Assembly (NCBI GenBank): GCA_023920165.1
Contig: CP089280.1
Location: 434,001-498,000, forward strand
DNA: 64,000 nt
Reading direction: 5' to 3'
From: Curvularia clavata
Lineage: Eukaryota
Made by a program: the position numbers and the translations under genes. Position 1 is the stretch's first letter, and every line of letters begins with the position of its first letter. Positions 25,827 through 39,821 of the stretch are shown here, one piece after another. The notes beneath the pieces are model-generated. The model worked only from the letters and a program-made list of their open reading frames with translations, searched no databases and was not told the DNA's origin.

Positions 25827-27056
25827 GATATTAACACAGTGAAGTAAAGTTAGGAAGGGGGTTGCAGTGGGCAGTTAGTTGCTTCTTCATGAATGACGCC
25901 CTCTTAAGCTGTTTGAATGAGAGCGGATGCATGGTGGAATTACTATGCATGAAGTGTGGACTAAGAAGGCGGAAAGAAGTAGAGTAGGATTATGAACAGC
26001 CAAAATTACTAATATAAACAAGGAAGGGCCTTGGGTACTGAGCCAAACATCACTACTAGTATATAGTGGATGCATATATCACAAAGCTGGTTTAGCGTGG
26101 TTACTCTGGTAGGCTTAAATGTTACAAATGCGGGAACGTGGGTGAAAAAAAAAAGTTGCGCAAATAGCCTCATCTGGGTGCCAACCATTTGGAATGTTCG
26201 AATGTTCGCTCCACAACACACTAAGACTGGTGCTCCTTTTTATCCTTTACAGAACAGGGCAATGCGTCAAAATGAGTGCATTTATGTATTAAGCATTATG
26301 GGAGTGGGTAGCACAGAAGACGGCTAAGGTCCAACTTGGAAACACAACATGGTGACTGCTGACAAACACATGGTTGCCTTGTCGTGACCCTTGAACACCC
26401 TAGCCGCAACTCTTGGTAATGAAACCTTTCATGGTCTAGTTCCGTCTCTCTTCGAGAACACTGTTGATTCGCCTGAACAATCTTTCCCAGGTTCGTATTT
26501 GCTTCCATCCCAGCATGGCACGCATCCGCTCGTGTCATTCTCTTCTCCAGCAATGTTCGCAAGGTCTGCCGTGTTTTTCAAGAGTATTTCCCTGCCAAAT
26601 ATTTGTGAGGATCACGACTTGGTTACTGGATCATCTTTGCTCTTTTGGTGGTGCGAATCTTCTGATACTATCTGCTCCGGACCCTTCAGAAAGTACCACG
26701 TCGCAAATCCAGTGAAAAAGATCATGTTCGCTTGGTAGGTGTAACGGAGGAGGCTGCCGATGCGAGGATTGGATACGGGCGCCATGACCTGTGCTCGTCG
26801 AATGTACTGAGTCGCAGTCAGGGGCAAAGGCGCGTTGGCGAAGCATAGTGGTCGAGGATGAAAGACTGTTGACGTCATTCCCACGTACTTGCCAGATCGG
26901 CACGTCCCAGGACGCGACGGTAAACAGCCACAAACAACTCTTGGATCTTATTCCCGATCATCACATTTCCGTCGTTATTCCCCTGTATCTTCTTGGCCCA
27001 GGAAAGTCGATGTTAAACTTGTATGGTTTGTTTTCAGTTTGAATCCTACTCTACAA

Positions 27057-28289
27057 TCACAGCCGATCAAGATTGTATTCTTTGGTAACCTTAATCTCGT
27101 TTGCTCCTAGCGATCCTGCCCGCTCGAGATTATCCGATTCATTAGTCAAGGTGACAAATGCAGCTGCCTGTGGCTTCAACGAGTGTGGCATCCATTGCGA
27201 AGGCTCATTCAGGTTGGATGTAGAAGAGCCGCTGCTCGTTGTCCGGAACTTCAGCCGACGAAGACCGTGGTTTTCGTTGGGCACGATTGGTGAATTCCTA
27301 CGCCAAGATGGCAATGAACGAACGTTGGGAACGCAGCAACAGATGATGCCGACGGCGATTTCAATAGGGGAGAAGCAGATGCGCCACCACGACGCACCGA
27401 TGGGATCTACGTTCACATCCCCGAATACGTTAATCGCACAGTCAATACGAAGGACGGCGAGGATTGTACAGCTGTAAATTGTCAACAAAATTGGCTCGGA
27501 ACAGGGTCAGGCGTCGACTTACAAGCATCCGAGGAGAAACAAAACCATGACTGACCACCGTTTCTTTGCCGACAGTTCAACCCCCATCAGTGCCGGGACC
27601 GGGGCGAAGAGAATGACGCTGTTGAAGAAGACGTGCAGCGACCCAATGATGATACAAGACCTTTTGCTTTGGAGTTCACACTTTCCTGGTGGGTGGCACA
27701 TGCTGATCCAGCCAGCCAGCGACCATATGTACCAGATTGCAATGAGCCCAATGGAAATCCAGCAGGCGACCTGGGCAACGCGTTTTCTCTCGTACAGGCG
27801 GACATAGGCCTTGGCGAAGGCTATTTGAACGGTTGCGATGGATGTAGCCCAGCATATATCTAATGCGAATTGCATCTTGGGCACGAGTTAGCAGCCGTCT
27901 GGGCTTGTTGGGCTTGTTTCCGACTTACTCGTAACCAGAAACGGTTTACGACATTGAACTCCTTGGTCGGGTCTGCTCTAATCTCGTCGCTTGTCAAGCC
28001 CTCGCCGCCCAAGAATACCAAGACGTAGACCATGGTGACGACAACGAAGCTCATGGCCTTTGAATGTCAGCTTGATTCGACAGCAGCTAGCCAGTACGTG
28101 CAGCCTTACCAGAGCAGCCAACATAAGGGCATCTTCGGTTACGGTGTTGATCCTTCTCACGCTTCTGGTGTACCATCTTGCTGCCACGGCGGCCGAGGCT
28201 GCGACGAAGCAGAGGGTGGGCGCAATAAGCAAAGCCAGCTGCTTGCCATTGACAATGTCAAAGCGATCTTTGGTAGTCGTGTCCGCCAT
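27057..28289 (-). CDS. PTH11-like (fungal rhodopsin-domain) integral membrane protein, no CFEM; 4 exons
   Basis: AVAARWYTR...EDALMLAAL; ILFAPVPALMGVELSAKKRWSVMVLFLLG; SPIEIAVGIICCCVP. GT-AG introns (first 28109-28058). ATG at 28289. Confidence 0.85.
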
Positions 28290-31200
28290 GGTGATTGCAA
28301 TCCGTTTCTGGATTTCACCGCATATCGAGCGTTTTCTACAGAGCCGTTGCAAAAAGGTCGGTCGCAACAGGAACCGGGGTTGTAGTTATAGCCCCCACTG
28401 CATGAGCGAGTCGACGCAGATAAAGCCAAATAAGGCGCCTTCCAAAGCCATGGTCCGGGCCAGGGCAGTGTCATGCGCCATGCCCGTTGAGTTTACGCTT
28501 TGCGCCTATCTGGCTGCACCCAGGGTGCTCTGACCCTGTTGGCCATGCGACATGGGGCTGTTGCTCGAGGGCTCTTCGGGATGGAAGGTTTAGTCACTGA
28601 GGGGGGAACATGCAGCCCTGATTTGTTGCACGAGACGCGGGCCGACGCGGAACACGGCTAGCCACGCCAGAGGCCTGTCATCCAATCTTTGCCATCCAAT
28701 GGCAACGTCTGCCACCCATGCACCAACCCGTACCTCCACCCTCTGGGGGGTGTGCCAGCGCTGACGAGGATCCGCCATGGTGCCTTGCACGCGATTGGAC
28801 CAAGAAAAAAGAAAATAAAAAGCCGTCTTTCTGCTGTTCTTCGGGGCCGAGTATGGCGCAGAGCAAACCGGTGGTTTCATGGTGCTCGAGGCGACCGGCA
28901 GAACCAACAATGTGCATCTCTCAACCATCTCTTCTCTGGTAGCCGCAGACGGACCTTGTGCCTCTGTGGTTGCGGAGGTACCGAGGAGACAGGAGCTGAC
29001 ATCTAAGGCCGACAGCCTTCCCCTATCAGCCAGGCCCGTACGGGCTCAACACCGAGCACTGAAACAAGCCATTGTATAGGCTGCCTTCCGCTTCCGGTAT
29101 ACAGAACATGGGTTCGCGCTGGAAGCGAAGTGGCGCCAGCCCAGAACACGGCCTTGAGTCAGGGCGGGCCTAATAGCTCTTTGCTTTTCAAGCCTCTCAT
29201 CTCTGCAGCGCGGCATGATTTTTACATGTGCTCTGAGCAGCTAGCTGCCATCGCTGTGTACGGAGCTCCACCACTCTGCTCCATACGCACGTGGCAAGCA
29301 CGTTGTGAAGACCACCACCCTTCATTCTCCAGATTGCCCCTCATCTGCCAAATCTCCGATGTTGCACCGTGTCGCACCGAGTAGTGTCACTGGCCACACC
29401 TGGTTGAACCACAATCCATCCCAGCCAGGCGTTGCCTGCTCTACCCTCACCTGGCGCTCCCTGGTCTTTTTGCAGATCAGGTCACGCTACATGTGAAGAC
29501 GAATCGCTTGAGGGTTTATGATCCGCATATGCAAGCCCATGGCGTTAGAGCACGGCATGAAGCTACGCGCCGTCCTCGTCGTTTGTAAATACACAGTGCT
29601 CAGTCTGTTCTCTGGGAGATTTCTTCCTCTGCTACGCTGTCGGCGTCTTTCTCCGTCTTCTGCAAGTTTGCGTCATTCTAAAGTCTGTACCTGCTAGCAT
29701 ACTCGCGTGTGGCAACCCAGTGTGTAAATACTCGGTACCCTCAAACATTAGCAGTCGTAACAGGGTCTATTTCCGTTGATCTTCAGCCCCTGATTGGTCT
29801 TGTTGTCGGGCTCGCATTCCTCCCGTCGGCAAGGTTGGAACACTGTGTCGACCAGGTCGATCCGCATTTCATGTCTGGGATGCCAAGTATCAGATACGAG
29901 TGGCGTGAGAATATACTCTGAGCGCGTGCCGGGAGCGCGAAGTTCGGCACGATAAGTTAGAACGAGCAGCAAAACTTAATCGAAACGAAGATGTTCAAGT
30001 ATGCACAATGACGAATATGTCGGCTCAAATATACTGCTATACTGCAGTCCACTCGGTGCTTACCACTGCCGGAGACAACAAGCAAAGCATGGACCACCAC
30101 CTTAACCTTCGGAGAAAAAAAAATTGCCACCCAGAACATGTTACTTGGAAGGTCTTATCTCGGCGCTGTCAAAGTTGCCATATCGGTGGATTGGGCGAAA
30201 TGAATGCAGTCGTATTCTGTACGCCTACAGAGTACATACCATCATCATACTGTGCCGTAGCGAGCCCAGCCTGCAGGAGAGCACGGCTCGGGAATAATGG
30301 GGCTATCCATGTTTGGACATGACAGGTGTTGGGTCGCCGCGCAAAAGTATCATACGAGCACCAGACACACTATGTATACGTTACACATTATATTGTTGCA
30401 TTAGCCCCTTGCGACAGAGCAGTGTGGGGGTTGTACGGAGTACACCTTTCGAGCTTCGCAACGAAATGAGTCGTCCTCTGGCCAAAAGCATCGTTCATGA
30501 TAGATTAAATTAGACGAGCGAGCTATGAAGGCAACCACACGCGTGAGGACCGCGGCGCGCCAGGTCCAGGAATACGGCCAGTCTCATCTCCTCCCCTCTT
30601 TGGGCGTACAGTGAAGCCTATACACATACTTTCCACTTACACAGCGGCACTATAATAGAATCCATCTTCTATCTATCATATGTGAAGGCGAACACAGGGT
30701 CTATGACTACATGATGTATAGCACTGACACTACAGAGTTTCCCAGCAGACACACTTGAATTTGGTAGCTAATATGCAGCCAATTCCATGTGCAAACCTTC
30801 CTCTTTGTTTACGAGAAATTATTTCCATGTCATACGGCCGTAAACAGTTGTACCGTTCTGCGCATTATCAATGGGTCGCCTTTTTAAAACACTCCTTAAT
30901 GCAGGCGGAGACGAAGTCATGCCCTTAGATGAACAGCTTGATGCCCGCCTCTCTCTTCCTTCACAATAGGTCTGGTTGTTCAATTCAAACCTCGATTCAA
31001 ACAGTAGTGAAGAATCTATGAAGTATAGACTTGAGATAATTGCATATATGAGAGGGAAACTCGAAGGTGCACGTCTCGATGAAGTAGGGCTACTGGCAAT
31101 TAGGCGGCTCCAAAGCTATTCGTGAATTGCTATTGTTGCATAATCTCCCTGATACGTACCCAAGGTATATGTCTGTAGATGAACATGGGCTTGGACGGAT

Positions 31201-32967
31201 ATATTTTCTGAGGAAAGAGCAACGTAATGCTGCGCAAACGATAACGAGGCAACTAATACGTGACGGGAAAGGCAATTCTTCAGCGAACGCTTGTCATGCT
31301 TACCCTACCATTGGAAATTGTCCTGGCAAAGCCGACATGCTCTATAGCAAGGTCTGCTACGAGAAGTTATCATCTTGTTATCTAAGGAGTATTAACTATA
31401 ATATAATCACATGGGTTGAAACACCTGCGGTCTCCATTGACTGTGAATGATGTCTTATTGATTGGGATGACACATAGCTTCCATGAAGTCGCGCATTAGC
31501 GTGGCGGTGAGCTAACAAGTAGTTCGTTGAGCGAGTAGGGGGGTACAGGGCCAGAGGTCGAGGGTCACGAGAGAGAGAGAGTTTGCGTTTTGAGTGAGTA
31601 TACTCGATCAGAAGCTGACTCGGGGGCCAAAATTAGCATACAATATTGCGACATTCAAAGTCTGTAGTACCTGCTCACTGAGAGTTTCATGAGATTACTT
31701 ACCTCCTCTGGGTATGAGTGTTTGTTTTCATGAAGCTGTTGTACCCCTAAGGCTTCTTTTGATATTTGCGCAAGCTAGGATGCTCTTGGATCCTTGTCCT
31801 TGTGATTCAGCTCCTTAAAGTGACCCGATGCATAGCAAGCTTGTACCTTGTTTTTGCGGGTCCTACGGAGTGATCGTTATGGCATAACTTGCGCCCATCT
31901 CACCGTTGTTTGCCACACAAAGGGCAAAGGCCTGCCACTTTTGAGACAGGAGGTCTGGACACTGCATCTGATACCAAGATTGGTGCTGTACTATCTAGAC
32001 TGCGTTCCTTTTTCTGACGCCGGCCGCACATCCATCGTGCAAAAGAAAAACCGCATCAAGTAGATGGCCGCATACTTCACTTGCACCCAGCTTAACCGAA
32101 GCAGTGGCGTCCGCAATAGTATGACTCCGCGGGGTTTGGTATACGCTGTACCATAATGTTTTACTACTGGAGCATACTCACCAGGAGACGAATACATCCT
32201 TTTCCAATATTCCCGAAGTTACAGACATGCGCGCTCGCTTGAATATCTGCTCTACTTATTCCATTTAGTCACCTCCATTCTTAGACCACGTCGACGTCAA
32301 AAGCGCGTGCAGCACGTGAGGCTACCACGCGACTATCGAGTGGAAGCATTTCGTATCAACATTGCCAACCCATAGGTACAATGGTGTAATTACCATTATT
32401 TTTGCAGCGGTACAGAACTATCTTGGGTACACACTACTTACCGATGTTCGACAGTTGTTGAGACAGATCATATACGCGCTGTTGGTGGCAAAGGAACACT
32501 CGACGTCAGCGGCGGGGTCTAGGACATGACGGGCGCCGCATGAGTCTTGCGCAGGTACTGGTGCACCATCAATCCATGAACCGGCGCTGCCGAAAAGCAG
32601 CTTAACGTGAACCACGGGTTGGTCTCTACTAGACACCGCACTTGTAGTCATGCGGTACAGGTCCAAACATGGGTCGCCGTAGTGATAGCTAATGTTGGTT
32701 GATTTGAGCCTCCTGTCACATCAGATTAATCGCATTTAAGGTAACACGCGAGCACTTCTATAGAACGTCAGGTCCATTCCTTATTATTTAGGAAGATTGG
32801 TTTGACTGGGCAGGAAGAGCCTATAGTTTGAGGCATGTGCAATTGTGGTCCGTCATAGCAGAATTATAATTTTTATGCGTAATCGAGTTCGCTATGTGGG
32901 AGGTGCAAGAGAGTGACATATCATAGCGACCATTAGTGTAAATACACAAACCGAATCCTTCTTGTAA

Positions 32968-34546
32968 CTAGGAAGAGTTACTGTTGTCTGCGCATGAAAA
33001 AGCCGAGTCGATCAAACCGTCCCTGTACGCATCTTTGATCTGCACAATGACTCCATATGTGCCTCCCACAGTCAGGAAAACAGACAGACCAATGAGCAGA
33101 ACATGCAGCAGATACATCATTTTCTGTGGTAGTGTTCCCTTCCAGTGGTTAGGGTGGTCGTAAATCCAGAACCAACCTGGATAGCCTATTCCCAAAGGAG
33201 CAAATGCAAGACTTCCGGCCAGACTTAGCAGGTAGTTGAAAATCGGCACTCCCGAGGCAATTAGAAAGCTGATAATGGTCAGGCTGGCTACGCAGCCAAA
33301 CCATGTACCCCAATGGATAGCCGTGTTGGTTTGCAGGTGTTTTGACTTCCTCAAAATCCGGACGAACAAATATTTGGCGCCAACGTGGACGTATAGCGCT
33401 CCACTTACAAGCAGTCCAATGATTCCGATTCCGTATGCTACCTTCTTGATCGTAGGTCCAGCACTGCCGAGAGAAGGCGAAGCAACCCATTTGCCGCACC
33501 ATTTGTACACTACCAGACTAAACGATAAATATGCAGCGGTCACAAAGCCCATGCAGCACAATACGGCTCTGTTGTAGTGACGGGGGTTACGCATTTCTGA
33601 CATGACGGGGAGGAAAGCAGACGTGGCCGCCGAGGAGCAGAAAATAGTACTGGCGGCTGTTATGCCAGCGGCAAATGTCGGGTGGCCAATGATGTGATAT
33701 CCGAACTCGTAGGAGCCTGTCTGTGGCGCAGCAGCAGGGCGGTCGCGAGTCGTCACTCCGATGCTAATAGTTCTAGTGTAAGCAAAGTGTCGCAGAATGA
33801 AGGGAAACCCTGACACCACTTCTGTAAAGTCGACGAGAGACTTTGAAATCAAGACAAAAAGATACTCACACAACGATGAACACGGCAATAAAGACCGAGA
33901 AGAAACCAGCCCAAGTGATCCAAGCAATCTTTTCAAACTTCCTTACACTCGCACAGAAGCCTACCATGAGTGCCGCAATGATGGAGAAGTAGTTTGTACA
34001 CAGCGAATGGTTAGAGAGAGCGTTCAGTGCAGTCGATACACCGACTATCCCTGACGCAGCTACAATGATGAAGGCCACCAGAAAGAGAATGCCTGTGATC
34101 TCTTTGACGATAGGTCCACCGACGAGCAGGCCCATATCGGCAATAGAATGACAGCCCGGGTGTCGAGTTCGAAACTGTCCAAGCACGATTGCTCCCCAAG
34201 TATTGACAGCTTGCCAACCGATGACGTTGATGGCTCCAGGTAAAGCACCGAGAACGTACATTGCCATAGGGATGGTAAGTACCCCGGTTGCGAAGATGAC
34301 TATATAGCCAGATGAGTACTATGCTTTGGAAGGGATTCATTTGAATCACGAGTCTCGAATTGGAACACACTTACTCTTCAGCAGAATGACTGTTGTCTGA
34401 ACCCATGACACTGTTCTAAAGTCTTCATATCCTTCTCCTCGCTTGAAGACCTCGCCTTCATTCTCTATGTCAACTTTGCTGTTGATGACACTCTCGGAGC
34501 TGTGGCTTGGTGCCGGCGCAATGATGTCCTCGTTCTTTTCGGCCAT
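32968..34546 (-). CDS. Amino acid/auxin permease (Aa_trans; Neurospora Mtr-like) transporter; 3 exons
   Basis: EDFRTVSWVQTTVILLK|IIFATGVLTIP, ALNALSNHSLCT, FLPVMSEMRNP, SPSLGSAG, AFSCADNS. About 11 TM segments. Introns 34374-34300 and ~33869-33764. Confidence 0.9.
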
Positions 34547-35372
34547 CGTCACAGGCAACGATGCGTAACGACAATGACAGATGAGTTTGTCTTTGATGTA
34601 GACTGCAAAACAGAATAGAAAAAAAGACAATTTCGGCGACACTTTATTTATGCACCTGCCATGCGATGATAAGTTGAACCCTTGTTTCTAGCCCGACACC
34701 CCGCGCAAGTACCAGCATGTGCCGTTTCGAAATCCGGGGCAGCACGGATAGCTCGATTACGCGCCCCGATCTTTTGGAGGCTCTCCACCAGATAGCATGC
34801 GATTGGGAACGTGTTGGACGACTCCAAAGGTTGACGTGTCCATACGTTCACCCAAGCACCTCTCCAGAAGTATGAGAGCAGAACCCTGGCAAGACAATTA
34901 TTGAAGACAGAATGATGATCGAATTTGTTGAATAGCTATAGGTTACATGAAGTTTAGATATATGCAGCTAACATTAGGGTGGTTGGGAAGGGGGCCCCAC
35001 CGCAGGCGGAAACCCCGAGCTCCACGGAGAACTTTCAGGGACAACAGTAACTCCAATTCTTAATCTGGGGCACCTTGAGGGCTAGTAATTGGAGGGACTA
35101 GTAGCTTTTGAATGGGACTAAGTACAGAAACTACATCATACCAAACTTATTTTTTATACACTTGAAGGTGACTGCCATTCAAGCAACTCCCGTATTGTTC
35201 AAGGCTGCTGAATTGCTATGACCACTCGCTAGTCATGAACCTAGAGAGAGAACTGCAGAGAGGCCAAAACAAAAGGGCCGAAGCTTATGCAAAATCATGG
35301 CGCAGGACTATATACTGCCAACGCACACCCAATCAAATGCCAAGAACAACCTGGAAACAGACATGGGCTAAA

Positions 35373-36471
35373 TTATTTCTTTAGCTTAGAGCCTGCCTCA
35401 GCCGGAAGAAGCGCTCCTTCCGCCGGGGCATGCTTCTTCTTGAATTCGTCAGCCATTTGCTCCATGGTTACAAACTCGACACCCTCGTGCTTCTTAAAGT
35501 GTTCAATCAGCCTTTCGTGCATGAGAAGTAGGTGGGGTCGTCCAGATACATCAGGGTGAATCGTCAGGGGCTGTTTCAGCGGTATTAGCTAAACCATGTG
35601 TGATACCAGTCCAAACGAGTGAAGACTCACAAAGATGAACTCATCATACTCGCGGTAGAAGTAGTCAAAATGGTCTCTCCATAGATCCTCAGTATCGCGT
35701 GCGTTGACAAAACCATGGCTGTTAGGAGAACCCTTGATAAACATGTGTGGTGGCAGGTCCTATGATGTTTTCTTGTTAGTGAAAACCAACGCGATATATG
35801 TGATTTAAGAAGCTCTCACATCAAGATACCAGTTGGCAGGAATTTCTACCAGACCAGTTTCCTGTCCTGCAACCAGCGGCTTCATCCATTCTTCGGCTTT
35901 CTTTTTGTAGTCAATCTTTGTCCAGGAGTCACCAGTTCTCAGATAATAGGGTTGGCAGTCATGGTGGCTCATGCTATGGTCGTACTCAATGCCGTATGAG
36001 AGGAGCAGCTCAGCACCTTCGCGACTTGTCTCCCACCTAGAGCAATTTTCAGCCTGCAGTACAAGCCGTATGATGATGAAAAACATACCATGGAGCTACG
36101 CTACCTCGCGGTGGCTTCCCAGCAAATTCGGTTAACATGCGATATGTCTTGTCAAGGACATCTCTCTGCTGTTCTAAGCTCATATCCACGGGGTTCTCAT
36201 GGCTGTATCCATGTAGACCAATCTCGTGCCCAGCATCGCGCACGGCTGCCATGTCCTCGGGGAACGTCTCCAGACTATGGCCAGGAATAAACCAAGTTGT
36301 CTTGATGTCGTACTTCTTGAACAACTTCAGTAGGCGCTGCGTACCAACAGTACCTGCAAAGAGTCCACGACTGATGTCGCTGGTGCTATCCTCCCCGCCA
36401 TAAGAGCCCAACCAGCCACATACAGCGTCGACGTCTATGCCATATGAAATGAGGACACGCTTCTTACCCAT
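35373..36471 (-). CDS. Polysaccharide-deacetylase (CE4) fold hydrolase, PgdA/PuuE-like subgroup; 4 exons, no signal peptide
   Basis: [36 protein letters not shown] (metal HxxxH), [22 protein letters not shown] and [10 protein letters not shown]. Three GT-AG introns. TAA at 35373. Confidence 0.9.
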
Positions 36472-36720
36472 TGCCGCTTTATGACGTGAGAAGACGGTTA
36501 TGCTTTTGCTGATCGGCTCTGCAGCAAAATGTTACCAACTGAGATGAACTGAAGGTGGGTAGGTCAACCGGTTGGTCCGGAATATTATCAGCTTATTACG
36601 GTGAGGCGTAACTGTCAGAACTAACGCGGGGTAACCAGCGGATGAGGGGCTGTACCAAGACTGATGACCCGCGGCCCCCATCTTCGTCTTGTCCCCGAAG
36701 TACCACAATACCTCCTTCGC

Positions 36721-36764
36721 TTATCTTATCAAGATAACCCCAACCTCCAATCTCCAATCTCCAG
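36721..36764. promoter_or_regulatory. GATA (AreA-type) triplet and tandem CYCCAA (Adr1-type TTGGRG) sites upstream of the CE4 hydrolase
   Basis: TTATC-TTATC-aa-GATAA at 36721-36737, immediately followed by CCCCAA, CTCCAA, CTCCAA and CTCCAG at 7-bp spacing (36738-36764). Confidence 0.55.
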
Positions 36765-38027
36765 CTATTTCCCGTCAAGTTGAACGGGAATGTGTTTAGT
36801 TCGTGTGGTAACGGCACACCTCTGCAGTGGTCGTGTTACGAAGCGTAGGAGTTGTCGTGATTTACCCCTAGATAGCTCTCGTAACTAAGTGGCGAACTAA
36901 CCTGACATCCGTGAGAGTGGTAGAGGAGTAAATGCCATCTTACCCCAAAAAAGATGGCAGTACCAAAGTCAAACTCCCGGAGACCCTCCATGAATATCAG
37001 TGGCACATTCTTGATGTAGGAAATACTCGCAAAATGTGATCGTACATGACTGGGTCCTGGTATCGGGATCTTCCAATGGCTCGGTCCTAGTTTCATCCGA
37101 CTTTCTGTTTTTGTCACCACGCGAGTCAGTGGGAAGAACCACACATGTATGTAAAGGACAGGGTTGAACACTTAAATTACATGAACGACCAGGAAGCTAG
37201 ATGAAATTGGTATGGATTCAAAGAGTGTCTGAAGACGACTACGCAGATCGTTGACCAACACCCAAGGATTTGATCGTTGTGAAATTTGGGGGCGGGGGAG
37301 GGGTTGAGAAGCAGGCCTAAACCCAGCCCTAATGAGCCAAACACCCGGCAATCGACCCGAGAACACGTCTCTGATTCACCGCTAGTGATTCCTTCGAGAA
37401 AAAGAGCGCCCTCGACAAATGCCGAGGCAAGACTCCAGTGACACTAGACTTCAAGCAACCACGGGTGGCTTGAACGCAATACAATGGCCAGGGATAACGG
37501 CGAGACAGCCCGTATGACACTCAAGCTACCCAGTTGTATGGGACTAGATGTGATCATGCGCTCAAGTCAAAGTGCTTGAGAGAAAAGTATGATGAGTCCT
37601 GCGTTCGGTGAAGGTCACAGAAGAATCGATATACGAGACAGCTCGCAGCATACAGGAAAAGTTATGTATTGTCTCGTCTATGAGAAAGTCTTTCGTTTTC
37701 AATGATGAGCGGTAGACCGGTTGTCCACGTACTAGGTTGGAACTATCAGCCCTGTAAGCTCCAGCTAGGTAGACTAGTGTCGGTACCCACTCGGGTGGGC
37801 GTGCGCGTGTTGGGGTCGGTTGGAGAGATTGTCACATCAGCATCCTCTGGAAAAACTATCAACCCACAACTTCAAGCCCTTTACAATTGAGTAAATTGTA
37901 CGTAACGACATTCTATTTGCATCGAGACGTTTGGTGCTTTATATATCAAGCGGTTGTGCAACTCTTTAACCATAGGATTTATGTTCTGAAGCCCCTTCCA
38001 TTCCACCACAGTGACCCTTCATCAACA

Positions 38028-39781
38028 ATGTCAGTCTTTTTCGACTCACCATTAAGGTATGCTCAAGCCCTAGCACTGCATGATTACTATGAAGGCATAT
38101 TGACAAATGAATAGTGAGCACCTTGTAGCTGAAGGGGACGCGGAGTCGGTCCTGAACAGCATCGGCGTCACTAATGGAATATCGCCTAATGAATCACGCG
38201 ACTACCAACAACTCCTGGCTGCAGTGCATGATGTTGCTCAACACATACTGGAATTGCCCGATTATGTATCATGTACGGATTTCGAGAAATATCCAAGAGA
38301 GCATGTCCATCGGCCCTCAAAAGATGCCCAAGACTTTGGTAACGCCTGGGCGCACAAATTTGTTATTCATGGCGATGTCGAGGGGAATCTGCTTCAAGGG
38401 AAGACTGTTTGTCTCAAAGACAACATTGCAGTCGCTGGCGTCCCACAATTCTTTGGGACAGACGCTATTCCAGCATGGACTCCCGACTCGGATGCCACGG
38501 TAGTCCGCCGAGTCTTGGATGCAGGTGCCAAAATCGTGGGAACAACCATATGCGAGAACTTTTGCAACTCGACTTCGTCCTTCACTTCTGCTCAAGGAAC
38601 TGTGCACAACCCATATGCCGAAGGATTCTCGGCTGGCGGAAGCACGTCGGGTGGTTCGGCTGTAGTAGGCGGAGGACTTGTTGACATTGCCATCGGTGCG
38701 GATCAAGGAGGCAGTATTCGCGTGCCGTCTTCTTTCTGTGGCTGTAAGTTTACCTAGTCTGTTACGTGGCATCAACAAACGAAGCAATGGACTGACACTC
38801 AGCGTTACAGGCGTAGGTCTGAAGCCGACGCACGGGTTGGTCCCATATACGGGTATATCCAGTGGCGACGCAATCAGTGACCACGCTGGGCCGATTGCAA
38901 GATCCGTCAAAGACGTAGCTTTGTGCCTGGATGCTATCAGCGGGAGAGATGACTACGACGACCGGACACTCGGTGCACCGGCACATGGATCAACACAATT
39001 TACAAAACGACTTTGCGGTACTGTTAGTGGACTCAAGATCAGCGTCCTCAAAGAAGGGTTTGAGCATAGGCTGGTCGACCCGGAAGTAAAAAGGACCGTT
39101 CGGAATGCAGTCGACTCTTTCCAACGGCTTGGTGCTACTGTTGAAGAAGTGTCATTACCTCTGCATCTTGAGGGACCAGCTATATGGACTATCCAGCAGC
39201 GTATTGCCGGCACCATGAGTATGCTGGGCTACGCTCACGGACGAAGGGGTCTGTTTTCCACAGCTTACGAAGCAGCACGCCAGCCATGGACCAATGAGAC
39301 GTTCCAAAAGCTCTTCCCGTCGACAAAAAACACCATGATTAATGGTCTCTCGCTTATGCAAAACTACCCTGGTCTTTACGCAAAGACGATGAACCTTGCG
39401 CAGCAACTACGTGACTCGTACGAAAAGTTGTTTCAGGAATACGATGTTATTGTCATGCCCACGACTCCTTTCGTAGCGCCTCCTAATGTGGACTGGAAGC
39501 GTGGCGATCGGCCGATGGAGGCACTCAAGCCGAGCATGGGCATCACTATCAACACAGCAATCTTTGACGTGACAGGCCACCCAGCAATGTCACTTCCCGT
39601 GGGATTCGCGCCTTCGAGTGTAGATGGCAATGTCATGCTGCCGGTAGGAATGCAGTTGGTAGGGGGCTTGTGGCAGGAACAAAAGATATTGGACGCTGCT
39701 TTTGCGTGGGAGTCAGCAAACGACTGGCAGAAGATTGGAAAAAGAATGGAGCAAGAATCGAAGCTTGTTACCAAGCTTTGA
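38028..39781 (+). CDS. Amidase-signature family amidase; exons 38028-38056, 38115-38743, 38811-39781
   Basis: LKDNIAVAG (Lys), SAGGSTSG (cis-Ser), GADQGGSIRVPS (Ser nucleophile), GLKPTHGLVP, DHAGP and GHPAMSLP. Two GT-AG introns. Confidence 0.93.
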
Positions 39782-39821
39782 AGCGGCATTGTCGGGCATG
39801 TTGAATGTTGCTGTAACTAGA

